Positions 27,024 through 36,723 of a stretch of DNA of 64,000 bases are shown piece by piece (position 1 is the first letter of the stretch; each line of letters starts with the position of its first letter). The stretch is from Candidatus Latescibacterota bacterium (lineage in GTDB: Bacteria; Latescibacterota; UBA2968; GCA-2709665): positions 5,296,006 to 5,360,005 of the forward strand of contig OZ244937.1 in assembly GCA_965222075.1 (NCBI GenBank). Reading direction: 5' to 3'. The notes below the pieces were generated by a model, which saw only the letters and a list, made by a program, of their open reading frames with translations, was not told the origin of the DNA and did no database searches. Both the position numbers and the translations under genes were made by a program.

Positions 27024-30000
27024 ATGATGAGCAGGTTAAAGATAGGTATAGGCGCTGTCCTTGCGCTCGGGGTGGTTTTGGCGATGGTCAGCACGGCGAC
27101 CGCCGGCTCGGTGGGAAAGGTGACCGGCAGGGTGACGGACGAGAGGGGAGGGCCGCTGCCGGGGGCCAACGTGGTGCTGGAGGGGACGCAGCGGGGCGCG
27201 ACGACAGATACGGACGGGTCCTATGTGATCCTGTCGATTGATCCGGGGGTCTACTCGGCGACGGCCTCGATGGTGGGCTACCACCTGGCGGCCAAGGAGC
27301 GGGTGATCGTGCAGGTGGATCTCACCACGACGGTGGATTTCCGGCTTCGGGAAGAGGCGCTGAAGATGGAGGAGATGGTGGTGGTGGCGGAGCGTCCGGC
27401 TGTGGAGCCGGACAAGACGGAGAGCCGGTATGTGGTGAGCTTCCAGGATATCCAACGGGTACCGATTTTAAGGAATGTTGGGGAGTTTATGGAGATGGAG
27501 GCGGGGATGGCGGTGGACGGCAGCGGACAGATCCGCTCCGGCATGGTCCTGGACAACGCATACTACGTGGATGGGGTTCGGCTGGTAAACAACGATGTAA
27601 GGGGAATGACGGGCACACCCGCGGCCCGCCGTCCCGTCTCCTGGTACGCCCCGACGGCCGAGGTCCAGTGGTCGGGAGTCAACGTCAAGGCGGTGCAGGA
27701 ACTCTCTCTCATAACGGGCGGCATGAACGCCGAGTACGGGAACGCGTCCGCTGGCGTGGTGCAGATGGTGACCCGGGATGGTGGGAACACGTACCACGGC
27801 GAGGTTGAGTATCGGCTCACCCCGGCGGGCAAGAAGCACTGGGGAAAGAACGTGTATGATTCGCCCGAACACCGGGGCCGTGTGCGGTGGGACGATCCGG
27901 AGTGGGTGTCGGAGGTGGATCCTGTGACGGGCCGTCTGGTTCACCAGCGGAAAAACTACACGGACTGGCGGGGGCACTACTTCGACGGTCACTTTAGCGG
28001 GCCGATCACCCGATCGGCGTCCTTCTTCGGCAGCGCCCGGCATAACCGGGATGCGGCCCCTTTTCCCAATACGTGGGATGAGCATCGGCCGTTCAACTTC
28101 CGGACCACGGCGAAGCTGACTGTGTCGGCCACTCCGAATGTGAAGGCGCGGTTCGGTTGGGTCTTCGACCGTTGGAAAACCTTTGAACTCGCCGCTTATC
28201 GCAACATCCTCTGGGGGGCGGGACTGACGCGGGAAACAGAAAATAACGTGAAGAGGGGCCCCGGGCGGGACATCTTCTTGCCAGCAGGGTCGTCCGCCGG
28301 ACAGAGCATCAAGGCGGAGAACGTGCTCTACGCTGTTCTGACCCACACGATCGGTCCCAGGACCTTCTACGAGCTGAGGGTGTCGAATTACCAGAGCAAG
28401 CAGGACACCAGCGGAGTGTCGGACAACACCTCAGCAGAGATCAGGACCGATAAGGCTAACTGGTTCTACCTGGGTTACGATAATGCGTCGAACTATACCG
28501 TCGGGGAGCAGAATCGCCTCGGCCTCAAGTTCGACCTGTCCAGTCAGGTAACCAAGGGGCATTTCGTCAAGGCCGGGATCGATTTCACCCGGTACGACAA
28601 CTACTATGTCACCCAGACCAGTTCACCCGGCAATAAGACGAGGGCAATCGTCTACCTGGGCCCCGAACCGGGTGCAGGGGTCAAGCCCAAGCAGTTCGCA
28701 GTCTACGCCCAGGACAAAATGGAGTTTGAGGGGCTGGTCATAAACGCCGGCATGCGCTTCGACCGCTTCTGGGGTCCGCCCATACCGATAGCTACCGGCT
28801 ACAGGCAAAAGCTGTATAATTCTCTGCATCGCTTTCTTCAGGCACCCCGTTTCCCCATGGAGCCGATCGTCAACTGGAGTCCGAGGCTGGGGATCTCGCA
28901 TCCGATCACGGACAGATCGAAGATGCACTTTTCCTACGGCGTCTTCAACCAGGTGCCGAGTTTCCAGGGGATGTTCCAGGACAATTGGCGGTCCGCCGGT
29001 CCTCCAACGGAGGTGAAGTGGAGCAACTACACTGGAAATTCCTACCCCGGAGACGCGTCCGTTACGAGGCCGATATGGCAGAACACCCCGCGGATGATCA
29101 ATTTTGAGGTGGGCGGGGAGTGGAACTTTGTCAGCGATTATACCGCCTCGATGGCTACCTTCATCAAGAGCGGCACATTTCAAGTGACCTTTGGCGGTGG
29201 AGCCTGGTTCGACCCAAAGACTGCGGGGTTGACGTATGGGACCGGCTACCCAACCAATTCGCACGCCCATGACGTCCGGGGCTACGAGTTCAGCCTGAGG
29301 AAGGACTTCAGCCACCAATTCTCGTTCAGGGCTGCCTTCAATATGGATTGGATGGAATTTTCTTACGGAGGGAATGATGGCGCCTGGAACGGCAGTACGC
29401 TCATCCCCGACTCCACCTACGTAGCCAGCGGCAATTACCACACCAGTTGGGAGATCGTCGGTGGGGTTGAGCGGCCGGTGAAGCTTACGGACGCGGAGAT
29501 CAGGGAGATCGGGGCTCAGGCCAACGTGAACATAGCAAAGGTCTATGCGAATCCCCAGGCCTATGCCGGCGGTTGGGCGGCAAGTGATATTGTTAAGCTG
29601 TGGGAGCGGCCCTGGCTTACGGATGAGGAGAGGTCGAAGGTACAGGGCCTGCATATGCTCTACCTATCCTGGCGGGGCACTTCCCAGCGTACGCGTGGGA
29701 GGGGGCCTCGCAAACAGGCCAGCCTGCAGGCGTTCTTCTCGTCCCCGACGGACTTCGGACCGGGTCCGAAGATGGCCGGAGGCACGTTCTTAGGCGGCGT
29801 GAACGTGAACCTGATTTACCGGCTTTACTTCGGAACCGAGTTCAGGTACACCACTATCGAAGGGCTCCAGGACAAGTCGAGGGGGCCCGTGCACACCACG
29901 GTTGACCTTAACATACAAAAGCGTCTTCACCTGGGTCGTGTGAGCGCCGACCTGTTCTTTGAGGCGTTCAACCTTTTCCAACAGAGGGACGCGCAGGTCC

Positions 30001-30164
30001 AACTGTATGGTTCGACGACAACGGGGCCATACATGTGGTGGGGTCTGGGGTCGGCGCCGGGTCCCGACGATGCGAACTATCTGAAGTATGGGGATCCCCG
30101 GGATCGAGAACGCTACAGGGGAGATCCTCGGGTCACGCACCTGGGGATCAGGCTGAGGTTCTAA
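27024..30164 (+). CDS. TonB-dependent receptor, copy 2
   Basis: Signal peptide, PLPGANV..EGT.RGATTD, TGGMNAEYGNASAGVV, QDKMEFEGLVINAGMRFD, SPRLGISHPIT, C-terminal Phe. Confidence 0.92.
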   Translation: MMSRLKIGIGAVLALGVVLAMVSTATAGSVGKVTGRVTDERGGPLPGANVVLEGTQRGATTDTDGSYVILSIDPGVYSATASMVGYHLAAKERVIVQVDLTTTVDFRLREEALKMEEMVVVAERPAVEPDKTESRYVVSFQDIQRVPILRNVGEFMEMEAGMAVDGSGQIRSGMVLDNAYYVDGVRLVNNDVRGMTGTPAARRPVSWYAPTAEVQWSGVNVKAVQELSLITGGMNAEYGNASAGVVQMVTRDGGNTYHGEVEYRLTPAGKKHWGKNVYDSPEHRGRVRWDDPEWVSEVDPVTGRLVHQRKNYTDWRGHYFDGHFSGPITRSASFFGSARHNRDAAPFPNTWDEHRPFNFRTTAKLTVSATPNVKARFGWVFDRWKTFELAAYRNILWGAGLTRETENNVKRGPGRDIFLPAGSSAGQSIKAENVLYAVLTHTIGPRTFYELRVSNYQSKQDTSGVSDNTSAEIRTDKANWFYLGYDNASNYTVGEQNRLGLKFDLSSQVTKGHFVKAGIDFTRYDNYYVTQTSSPGNKTRAIVYLGPEPGAGVKPKQFAVYAQDKMEFEGLVINAGMRFDRFWGPPIPIATGYRQKLYNSLHRFLQAPRFPMEPIVNWSPRLGISHPITDRSKMHFSYGVFNQVPSFQGMFQDNWRSAGPPTEVKWSNYTGNSYPGDASVTRPIWQNTPRMINFEVGGEWNFVSDYTASMATFIKSGTFQVTFGGGAWFDPKTAGLTYGTGYPTNSHAHDVRGYEFSLRKDFSHQFSFRAAFNMDWMEFSYGGNDGAWNGSTLIPDSTYVASGNYHTSWEIVGGVERPVKLTDAEIREIGAQANVNIAKVYANPQAYAGGWAASDIVKLWERPWLTDEERSKVQGLHMLYLSWRGTSQRTRGRGPRKQASLQAFFSSPTDFGPGPKMAGGTFLGGVNVNLIYRLYFGTEFRYTTIEGLQDKSRGPVHTTVDLNIQKRLHLGRVSADLFFEAFNLFQQRDAQVQLYGSTTTGPYMWWGLGSAPGPDDANYLKYGDPRDRERYRGDPRVTHLGIRLRF

Positions 30165-30257
30165 TGTGGGTAAATCCCCCTCGGTCTTATAAAAAGGGGC
30201 CAGGGAGGGATTTCCGGAGTTGTCGGGCCTTATGGATCATTCATTGAGGAGGTTAGA

Positions 30258-32558
30258 GTGATGAAAAAGCTTTACACATTCGGGACGGTTACCGTCCTTC
30301 TCGGCCTGCTGCTGTGGTACTCGGTCCCTGTGAGGTCACAGACGCTCGAGATCGCGGATAAGCAGCGATTCCAGACCCGTGCAAAGGTCTGGGATATATT
30401 CTGGAACAACGGCATCCAAGGGGTGTGGGAGCAAAATCGCATTAGTTTCCACCGGCACGTGGGCATGCAGTACCCCGGCCTCTTCACGGTCGACTATGCG
30501 GAGGACTTCGTAAACTACTGGGGTGTGCGGTTTTGGAGAGGATTTGGATCTCAGACGAGGGCCTGGTACACCCAATTCACGGCCCTTATGCCGGGCTTCC
30601 ACACCTTCGTTTCGACGGTGGTGGACGGGGATTACCACGTTTCGGAGTCGAAGGCGGCTCACGCGTCGGATGATATTACGCTAATGGCCTACGATCCGTC
30701 GGTGGGGCCGGAGGCGAACATCGGCTATGCGAACCGTTCTCCCCTGGGTCCTGTTATGTCCAACTGGTGGCCAGGCCAGCCTCTGCCGGGAAGTAAAGAG
30801 GTGGTCGAGATCCACAACTTCCGGTACGGCCAGTATATGGAGCCGGACAAGGACATGTTTGCGGAAGATATCCTCATCATACACTACACCACAAAGCGGG
30901 GGATCACGGTAACCAAGAAGGTCTACGCGTGGAGCTACTTAGACTACGACGATTTTGAGATTATGGAGTATACGTTCGAGAACACCGGGGACTCCGACGG
31001 GGATGGGGTCGCGGATCTGAACGGTGGGGCGGGACTGCAGCTCAACGATACCTTCCTTGTCTTCGGGACCCGCTTCTTTATGTCGCAGGCCGGGCACGTG
31101 TGGCGGAACTACAGTGGCTGGTATCGAACTGTGACTACTGAGGTGCTGGATGACGTGTACAAGTTTACGGAGGCGGACAACTACGACGGTCCGGCGTCCG
31201 GACAGGGGCTGAAGATGTGGTATTCGTTCGACGGAGACAACCCGCTCTTTCCGGGGGACGACCTGGGTCAGCCTTTCAGCTTTGGGAAATCCATTTGGCA
31301 AGAGATAGGTCCATTCCGGAGTGAGGGCGAGATCACGGCCTACCAATATGCGGGCGTTGCGCCGATCGCCTACACACCCGGGGCCGCCAACGATCCGGCC
31401 ACGTGGACCTACGACACCGGAGGTGACGCGAGCTTTGTGGCGCCCAGAGTGGCCGACCAACCCCATACCGTGAGGTGGTGGCCATTTCGTACCCGGTACG
31501 ACTACGACGAGCCGGACTCAAAGACGAATACCTGGGAGGAGATGTACAACCAGTTCGCCGGTCCCGCGCCTTCGATCAAGGCCAATTCGATGGAGCCCGG
31601 GGCGCTGCACGGCTCGTTTGCCTACGGCCCCTACGACCTGGCGCCCGGAGACAAGGTCAGGATCGTGTTGGCTTTGGTGGCGGCAGCTCCAGTTGAAGAG
31701 AATTTCCTGGCGTGGGCGAAACTGGGGAAGCAGGAGGAGATGCGCACGGACAAGGCATTCAACAACCTGGTCAAGCACCTCAACAAGGCCAAAGAGGCAT
31801 TCCAGTGGGGTTACGACCTCCCCGATCCTCCGCCTGACGTGGGTGTGACTGTGGACGTCACGCCCGATGCGAACAACCTGTTGATCTGGAGCGCCGAGTC
31901 GGACGACACGACCGATCCGGACTATTCGGACGGTACGGGGAAGGACGTGGCGGGCTACCGGGTGTATCGGTCGGATTTCAATCTGTACGATTGGAAGCTT
32001 ATCCAAGAAATTCCCGTGAAGGATCCGAAGTATCTTAAAGGGGACAAATACGAGTACGCCGACCCGAAGTCCCAGGCCGGATTTGAGTATCTTTACAACG
32101 TCCGCAGCTACGACACGGGTCACGCCGATTGGAACGGGACCGGAATCGCCATTCCCTCTTTAGAGAGCGGGAACGGCTCCCCCGAGCAGTGGGCAAACGG
32201 TGTCCAAACCAATAGTCCCTTCGCGCCTGTCACCTCTGAGGCGGACCGATTGCAGAGGAAGGTGGTCGTGGTCCCCAACCCGTACAAAATCGACGGCGCC
32301 CATTCCTACCCGGGGGGAGGGGCTATCCGGTTTACCAATATCCCGCGCAAGTGCGAGATCAGGATCTTCACGATGGCCGGGGAGCTTTTTGCGACGATCC
32401 CACACGACAGTCCGACGCAGGGCGAGGTGACCTGGACCCAGCTCCCCGATACCTGGATTGAGACCGCTCCTGCCGGGATCTATTTCTTCATAGTCGAATC
32501 GCGGGTGCCAGGGAGCGAGGGGCAGGTGCAGCGAGGCACTTTTGCAGTCGTCAAGTGA
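30258..32558 (+). CDS. Secreted FN3/T9SS-CTD-like protein, copy 2
   Basis: Paralogue of 10967: YGPYDLAPGDKV, VAGYRVYR, VVPNPY...IRFTNIPRKCEIRIFTMAGEL...GIYFFIVES...GTFAVVK. Confidence 0.72.
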   Translation: MMKKLYTFGTVTVLLGLLLWYSVPVRSQTLEIADKQRFQTRAKVWDIFWNNGIQGVWEQNRISFHRHVGMQYPGLFTVDYAEDFVNYWGVRFWRGFGSQTRAWYTQFTALMPGFHTFVSTVVDGDYHVSESKAAHASDDITLMAYDPSVGPEANIGYANRSPLGPVMSNWWPGQPLPGSKEVVEIHNFRYGQYMEPDKDMFAEDILIIHYTTKRGITVTKKVYAWSYLDYDDFEIMEYTFENTGDSDGDGVADLNGGAGLQLNDTFLVFGTRFFMSQAGHVWRNYSGWYRTVTTEVLDDVYKFTEADNYDGPASGQGLKMWYSFDGDNPLFPGDDLGQPFSFGKSIWQEIGPFRSEGEITAYQYAGVAPIAYTPGAANDPATWTYDTGGDASFVAPRVADQPHTVRWWPFRTRYDYDEPDSKTNTWEEMYNQFAGPAPSIKANSMEPGALHGSFAYGPYDLAPGDKVRIVLALVAAAPVEENFLAWAKLGKQEEMRTDKAFNNLVKHLNKAKEAFQWGYDLPDPPPDVGVTVDVTPDANNLLIWSAESDDTTDPDYSDGTGKDVAGYRVYRSDFNLYDWKLIQEIPVKDPKYLKGDKYEYADPKSQAGFEYLYNVRSYDTGHADWNGTGIAIPSLESGNGSPEQWANGVQTNSPFAPVTSEADRLQRKVVVVPNPYKIDGAHSYPGGGAIRFTNIPRKCEIRIFTMAGELFATIPHDSPTQGEVTWTQLPDTWIETAPAGIYFFIVESRVPGSEGQVQRGTFAVVK

Positions 32559-32648
32559 GCCTGCACAGGGCCATTCTGCGAGTGCATAGAGGCATCCGGA
32601 AGACCTTCCGCGATGTTCCGAATCGGATTGGAGAGAGGAGATAGGGCC

Positions 32649-33605
32649 ATGAAAAGATTATTTTGGACAGGCGTGACGGTAATCGCGATCTGCGCGTGGC
32701 TTTTGCCGCAGTATGCCCAGGGGGCATCCCCTCAGAAGCGGCTTGGACGGGTGGTGTTCCCTGTGTTGAAGATAGACCAAGGAGCGCGCAGTGCAGGCAT
32801 GGGCGGGGCATATGTGTCGGTCGCCAACGACATTAACTCCATTTTTGTGAATTCAGCGGGACTGGCCTACATTGAGAATGGAGAGTATACGGTCTCCTAC
32901 ACTCGATGGCTGGTGGATTCTCAGTTTTACTCCGGCGCGGTCGCCTATAACATCGGGAATGGGGTTCTGGGGGTGAGCGTGCTGGCCTTTACGCCGGAGA
33001 AGGTCGAAGAGACGACGATCTTCCAGCCACAGGGAACGGAGAGAATGTTGAGCTTGGGGGACCTCAGCATCGGTTTGGCCTACGCCAAGAAGATGACGGA
33101 CAGGCTCACGTTCGGTGTCCAGTTCCGTTGGACGCAGGAGACGCTGGACCTGGATAGGCTAAGCGCCTATGATGTGAGCATGGGGACCTTTTTTGACACG
33201 GGATTCAGAAGCCTGCGGTTGGCCATGGCGATCAAGAACCTGGGAAGCAAGCAGAAGATTTTCGAACTCAATTACCACATGCCAACCACCTTCACTTTTG
33301 GGTTCGCTATGGAGGTGTTTGGGGTGAAGGGCGAGCCGGCGTATTTGACGGTTACGGGAGAGAACTTCTTGGCCCCGGATTATGCGTCTCCACAGTATCG
33401 GCTGGGCGGAGAATTGTGGTTTCAGGATACACTGGCGCTTCGGGGGGGACGTAAGATCAACTTCGATGCGGAGACTTACAGCCTCGGAGTGGGGATCAAA
33501 TTCCGGCCGGTGGAGGGGAAGGAGATGCGTGCGGACTTCGCCTACACCAGTTTCGGCAATACGTTCAATGCGCCCTTGCGGTTCTCTCTGAGCGGATCGT
33601 TCTGA
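32649..33605 (+). CDS. PorV/PorQ family outer-membrane barrel, copy 2
   Basis: GARSAGMGGAYVSVANDINSIFVNSAGL. Ends PLRFSLSGSF, like copy 1. Confidence 0.85.
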   Translation: MKRLFWTGVTVIAICAWLLPQYAQGASPQKRLGRVVFPVLKIDQGARSAGMGGAYVSVANDINSIFVNSAGLAYIENGEYTVSYTRWLVDSQFYSGAVAYNIGNGVLGVSVLAFTPEKVEETTIFQPQGTERMLSLGDLSIGLAYAKKMTDRLTFGVQFRWTQETLDLDRLSAYDVSMGTFFDTGFRSLRLAMAIKNLGSKQKIFELNYHMPTTFTFGFAMEVFGVKGEPAYLTVTGENFLAPDYASPQYRLGGELWFQDTLALRGGRKINFDAETYSLGVGIKFRPVEGKEMRADFAYTSFGNTFNAPLRFSLSGSF

Positions 33606-33635
33606 ACAGCAGAGGGTTGTGTGTAGAGCCAGGTT

Positions 33636-33701
33636 AAGCCGTTTCTGGGAGCCATTCTTCGTTGTGAAGAGTACACAAGGAGGCTCTCAGAACGGCTTTT
33701 T
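33636..33701 (+). terminator. Putative intrinsic terminator
   Basis: AAGCCGTTTCTGGGAGCC...GGCTCTCAGAACGGCTT followed by a T run. Confidence 0.65.
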
Positions 33702-33740
33702 GTTGAAGTGCAATGATGTGACGGATGCACGCCGGAAGGG

Positions 33741-33824
33741 GGGAGTCGTGGTGTGCTGGAGGTGTCGGCGGTGAAGGGGGTGACGCTGAAGGAGGTGCGG
33801 GAGGCATTCCTGGCGACGGAGTAG
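33741..33824 (+). pseudogene. 3' remnant of the 41745-42722 deacetylase-like gene
   Basis: Near copy of 42582-42701 lacking the 39 bp between two GGTGAAGG repeats. Confidence 0.85.
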
Positions 33825-33852
33825 ATAACCCATTTTTAAGGAGATCTTACCG

Positions 33853-34692
33853 ATGGGAAGGGAAAAAACGGAGACACCAGCGGCGTGCGGTCGTACGCAG
33901 CGAACAGTCACGACGTGGAACGAGTTCCGTCAGGCCTTTGACGGGGTGCTCAACTTCCTGATGGCCGGCGAATGCGTGCCCTTCTCGTTCGATATGCCGC
34001 CGGTGGAGCAGGTGATCGACGAGATCCGGCGCGACCCCGACGCCCGCATCGTCAGTGGGGTCAAGGGCGGCAGCCTGGACAGGACGGATACCTCGGAGCA
34101 ATTCCGCAAGCTCCCGATCGAAGAGGCTGCGAATGCGCAATTTCAGATGTCGCACTACAGGCTGCCCAACTTATACGGGTCGGGCAAGCTGTTTCACGGC
34201 TTTGAGGCGCAGGTGATGGAGCCGTGGCGGCAGGCGCTTGTGGCTGCCGGATTCACCTGGACGCGCTGCTACCCGATTGTCTTCAGCAGCGGGCCTCACT
34301 CCGCCACGAACTATCACATGGACCCCTCGAACGTGCTGGCCTGGCAGCGCTGCGGCACCAAGCGCTTCTGCGGGATGAAGGACCCGGACCGCTGGGCCCC
34401 GTTCGATGTGCGCATGGAGGAGCCTGGTGACCAGGTACAACGTCCCGAGGAGATTACCGATGCCGACATACTTTGCTACGAGATGGCGCCCGGCGATGTG
34501 CTCTGGAACGTGCTGCTCACCCCGCACTGGGTCGAGGCCTCCGACCATGTCACCTACAGCATCAACATTTCCCACGGCGGGCTACGCCTGGACGGCAGGC
34601 TCTGCCCACACGAGCAGGAACTCAAAGACTTTCAGAAGGACCACCCGGAGGTATTCAGGCGAAAAACCTATCCCAAAACCTATTTTAAGTGA
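33853..34692 (+). CDS. JmjC/cupin-like Fe(II) oxygenase-family protein
   Basis: TNYHMD, GTKRF, MAPGDVL, PHWV, SINI: an HxD...H triad. Confidence 0.72.
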   Translation: MGREKTETPAACGRTQRTVTTWNEFRQAFDGVLNFLMAGECVPFSFDMPPVEQVIDEIRRDPDARIVSGVKGGSLDRTDTSEQFRKLPIEEAANAQFQMSHYRLPNLYGSGKLFHGFEAQVMEPWRQALVAAGFTWTRCYPIVFSSGPHSATNYHMDPSNVLAWQRCGTKRFCGMKDPDRWAPFDVRMEEPGDQVQRPEEITDADILCYEMAPGDVLWNVLLTPHWVEASDHVTYSINISHGGLRLDGRLCPHEQELKDFQKDHPEVFRRKTYPKTYFK

Positions 34693-34729
34693 GTAAAAAT
34701 GCAGGTATGGCTGGCACAGAAGTCTGGGG

Positions 34730-34768
34730 GCCGAAGCCGAGGGACAACCGGACCGGGGGGTAACGCTA
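34730..34768 (+). pseudogene. 5' remnant of a DUF6785-like transporter gene
   Basis: Encodes AEAEGQPDRGVTL, compared with AEAQPERGVTL (36724 gene) and EAKAEPERGVTL (51021 gene). Confidence 0.6.
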
Positions 34769-34780
34769 AAGGAGGGCGCA

Positions 34781-35662
34781 ATGGACACAAGCTGTCTGGA
34801 CTATCTCATAACCGATGAACAGCGTCAGCATTTTGAGGAGCAGGGCTATCTGATCGTGCGAGACGTCCTTTCCTCAGAGCAGATAGAGGAACTCACGGCG
34901 GCTGTAGATCGGATCTGGGAAGTAGAGGCGCCCAAGAGCCCGGAGGAGCTCGAATTGTTTGAGCAGCAGAGGGGGTTTATTCCAAAGGGCATTACCCCCA
35001 CGACCTTCCACGTGCCTTTCGTCGGCCGCGAACAGGTCTTTATCGACCTGATCGACCACCCGAAGACCTTTCCCATCATCTGGGGCATCTTAGGCTGGAA
35101 CATCCATATCTACGTCACCCACCTGGGTGTCAAGCTTCAGGATGCCCCCGAATCCGAACCGATGAAGGTGCCGCTCAGGTTCCACCAGGACAGCGGTCGG
35201 GTCAACCGCGATATCGAAACGCATCCGAGGCCCCGCCTCTCGCTCAAGGTCAGCTACTGGCTGAACGATGTGTCCGAACCCGGGCGTGGGAATATGTACA
35301 TTATCCCCGGCGGCCATCTCAAGGACACGGTAGAGATCCCCGAAGACCGCAACCCGGACGGTGCGATACCGATTCTGGCCAATCCGGGAGATGCCGTGTT
35401 TTTTGACCGGCGCCTCTGGCACGCGGCAAGTCCCAATCACTCTTCCATCGTCCGGAAGGCCATCTTCTACGGCTATGGCTATCGCTGGATCCACAACAGG
35501 GACTTCGTTCCCACGCGGCCCGATCTGTTTAAGAGGTGCGACCCGATCCGGCAACAGCTCCTGGGCGCCCAATCCGACTCCGAAGGCGTCTATTCACCCT
35601 TTGACGAGGATGTGCCGCTGAAACTATGGCTGCAAGCGCATGGGGTGGAAGTTATGGAATAG
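34781..35662 (+). CDS. Phytanoyl-CoA dioxygenase (PhyH) family protein
   Basis: FEEQGYLIVRDVL, FHQD, IPGGH, PGDAVFFDRRLWHAASPN...R. Confidence 0.9.
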   Translation: MDTSCLDYLITDEQRQHFEEQGYLIVRDVLSSEQIEELTAAVDRIWEVEAPKSPEELELFEQQRGFIPKGITPTTFHVPFVGREQVFIDLIDHPKTFPIIWGILGWNIHIYVTHLGVKLQDAPESEPMKVPLRFHQDSGRVNRDIETHPRPRLSLKVSYWLNDVSEPGRGNMYIIPGGHLKDTVEIPEDRNPDGAIPILANPGDAVFFDRRLWHAASPNHSSIVRKAIFYGYGYRWIHNRDFVPTRPDLFKRCDPIRQQLLGAQSDSEGVYSPFDEDVPLKLWLQAHGVEVME

Positions 35663-35741
35663 GGTTCAACGCCTGTCTCCTTTCCCAAAAAGCGGGCTGA
35701 CAATTGGGGTTTGGACAAACTCTGATCTGAAAGGGCAAGTT

Positions 35742-36560
35742 ATGTTTAAAGTCTCTTACGACGGCACCAACCGGAAGGTCCTCTGGCAGGAGATGTGGCG
35801 GCACGAATTCGAGGAGGCGCTGAAGCACGACCCCGTGGTCATCCTCCCCACCGGATCGGTAGAGCAGCACGGCCCCCACTGTCCGGTGGACGTGGACATC
35901 TCCGGGCCCTTCTACATGGCCGTGCAGGCGGCGCAGGCTGTCACGGAGTTCCCCGTCATCGTGGCCCCGCCCGTCTGGTCGGGTTTCACTCACTACAACA
36001 TGGGCTTCCCCGGCACCCTCAGCCTGCGTCTTGAAACTTATCAGAACCTTATCTTCGACATCTGCCAGAGCATCTACGCCAACGGCTTCAAACGGATCGT
36101 CCTGATCAACGGGCACGGTGGGAACATCTCCCCCAACGACGCGATCATGCACTCCATCTCGGAGGAGAATATCTTCATTATCGCCTTCGGCTGGTGGGAT
36201 ATTGCGCGGGAGGAGATGGTCCGACTGAGCGAGGCGGATGGGGGCAGCGAGGGGCACGGCGGGGAGTGGGAGACCTCCATACAGCTTTATCTCCGCCCAC
36301 ACCTCATCGATCACTCCCGCATGGTCGCGGACACTCGCCCCTACCCCTTCAGCCCGGAACTCCGATCGTTTGCCCAGTTGGCGGAGCGTCGGCGGGACTC
36401 CGCAAAGGTCACAGGGACCCACGGCAACCCGTTCGTCGCCTCCGCGGAGAAGGGCGAAAAGGTCGTCTATACCATCGTTCAGAAACTCGTCCAACTGGTC
36501 CGGGAATATCACACACAGCCGGTGCAGGACTACCGGGAATTCGGAACGCACTGTCCATAA
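35742..36560 (+). CDS. Creatininase family amidohydrolase
   Basis: PTGSVEQHGPH..VD, NGHGGN, HGGEWETS, ASAEKG. Confidence 0.92.
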   Translation: MFKVSYDGTNRKVLWQEMWRHEFEEALKHDPVVILPTGSVEQHGPHCPVDVDISGPFYMAVQAAQAVTEFPVIVAPPVWSGFTHYNMGFPGTLSLRLETYQNLIFDICQSIYANGFKRIVLINGHGGNISPNDAIMHSISEENIFIIAFGWWDIAREEMVRLSEADGGSEGHGGEWETSIQLYLRPHLIDHSRMVADTRPYPFSPELRSFAQLAERRRDSAKVTGTHGNPFVASAEKGEKVVYTIVQKLVQLVREYHTQPVQDYREFGTHCP

Positions 36561-36603
36561 GCGCCATAGAACCCCTGACAGAATGACCGTGGAAGGCAGG
36601 CGA

Positions 36604-36671
36604 TTTCACCATCAGCCGTGGGGCAAGGTAGACATTGGTTTCACCATCAGCCGTAGGGGCGAGATAGACAT
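36604..36671. repeat. Two-copy ~35-bp tandem repeat
   Basis: TTTCACCATCAGCCGTGGGGCAAGGTAGACAT and TTTCACCATCAGCCGTAGGGGCGAGATAGACAT. Confidence 0.7.
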
Positions 36672-36723
36672 CGAATGGGCCTTCTTCTGAGGATCAAGAC
36701 AACCTATTCTAAGATAACGAATT

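Noticed and set aside
33741-33824. Diversity-generating retroelement template repeat for the 3' end of 41745-42722 (likewise 17421-17621)
   Set aside because: Mismatches are not adenine-specific, the copies carry internal deletions, and no reverse transcriptase is present.
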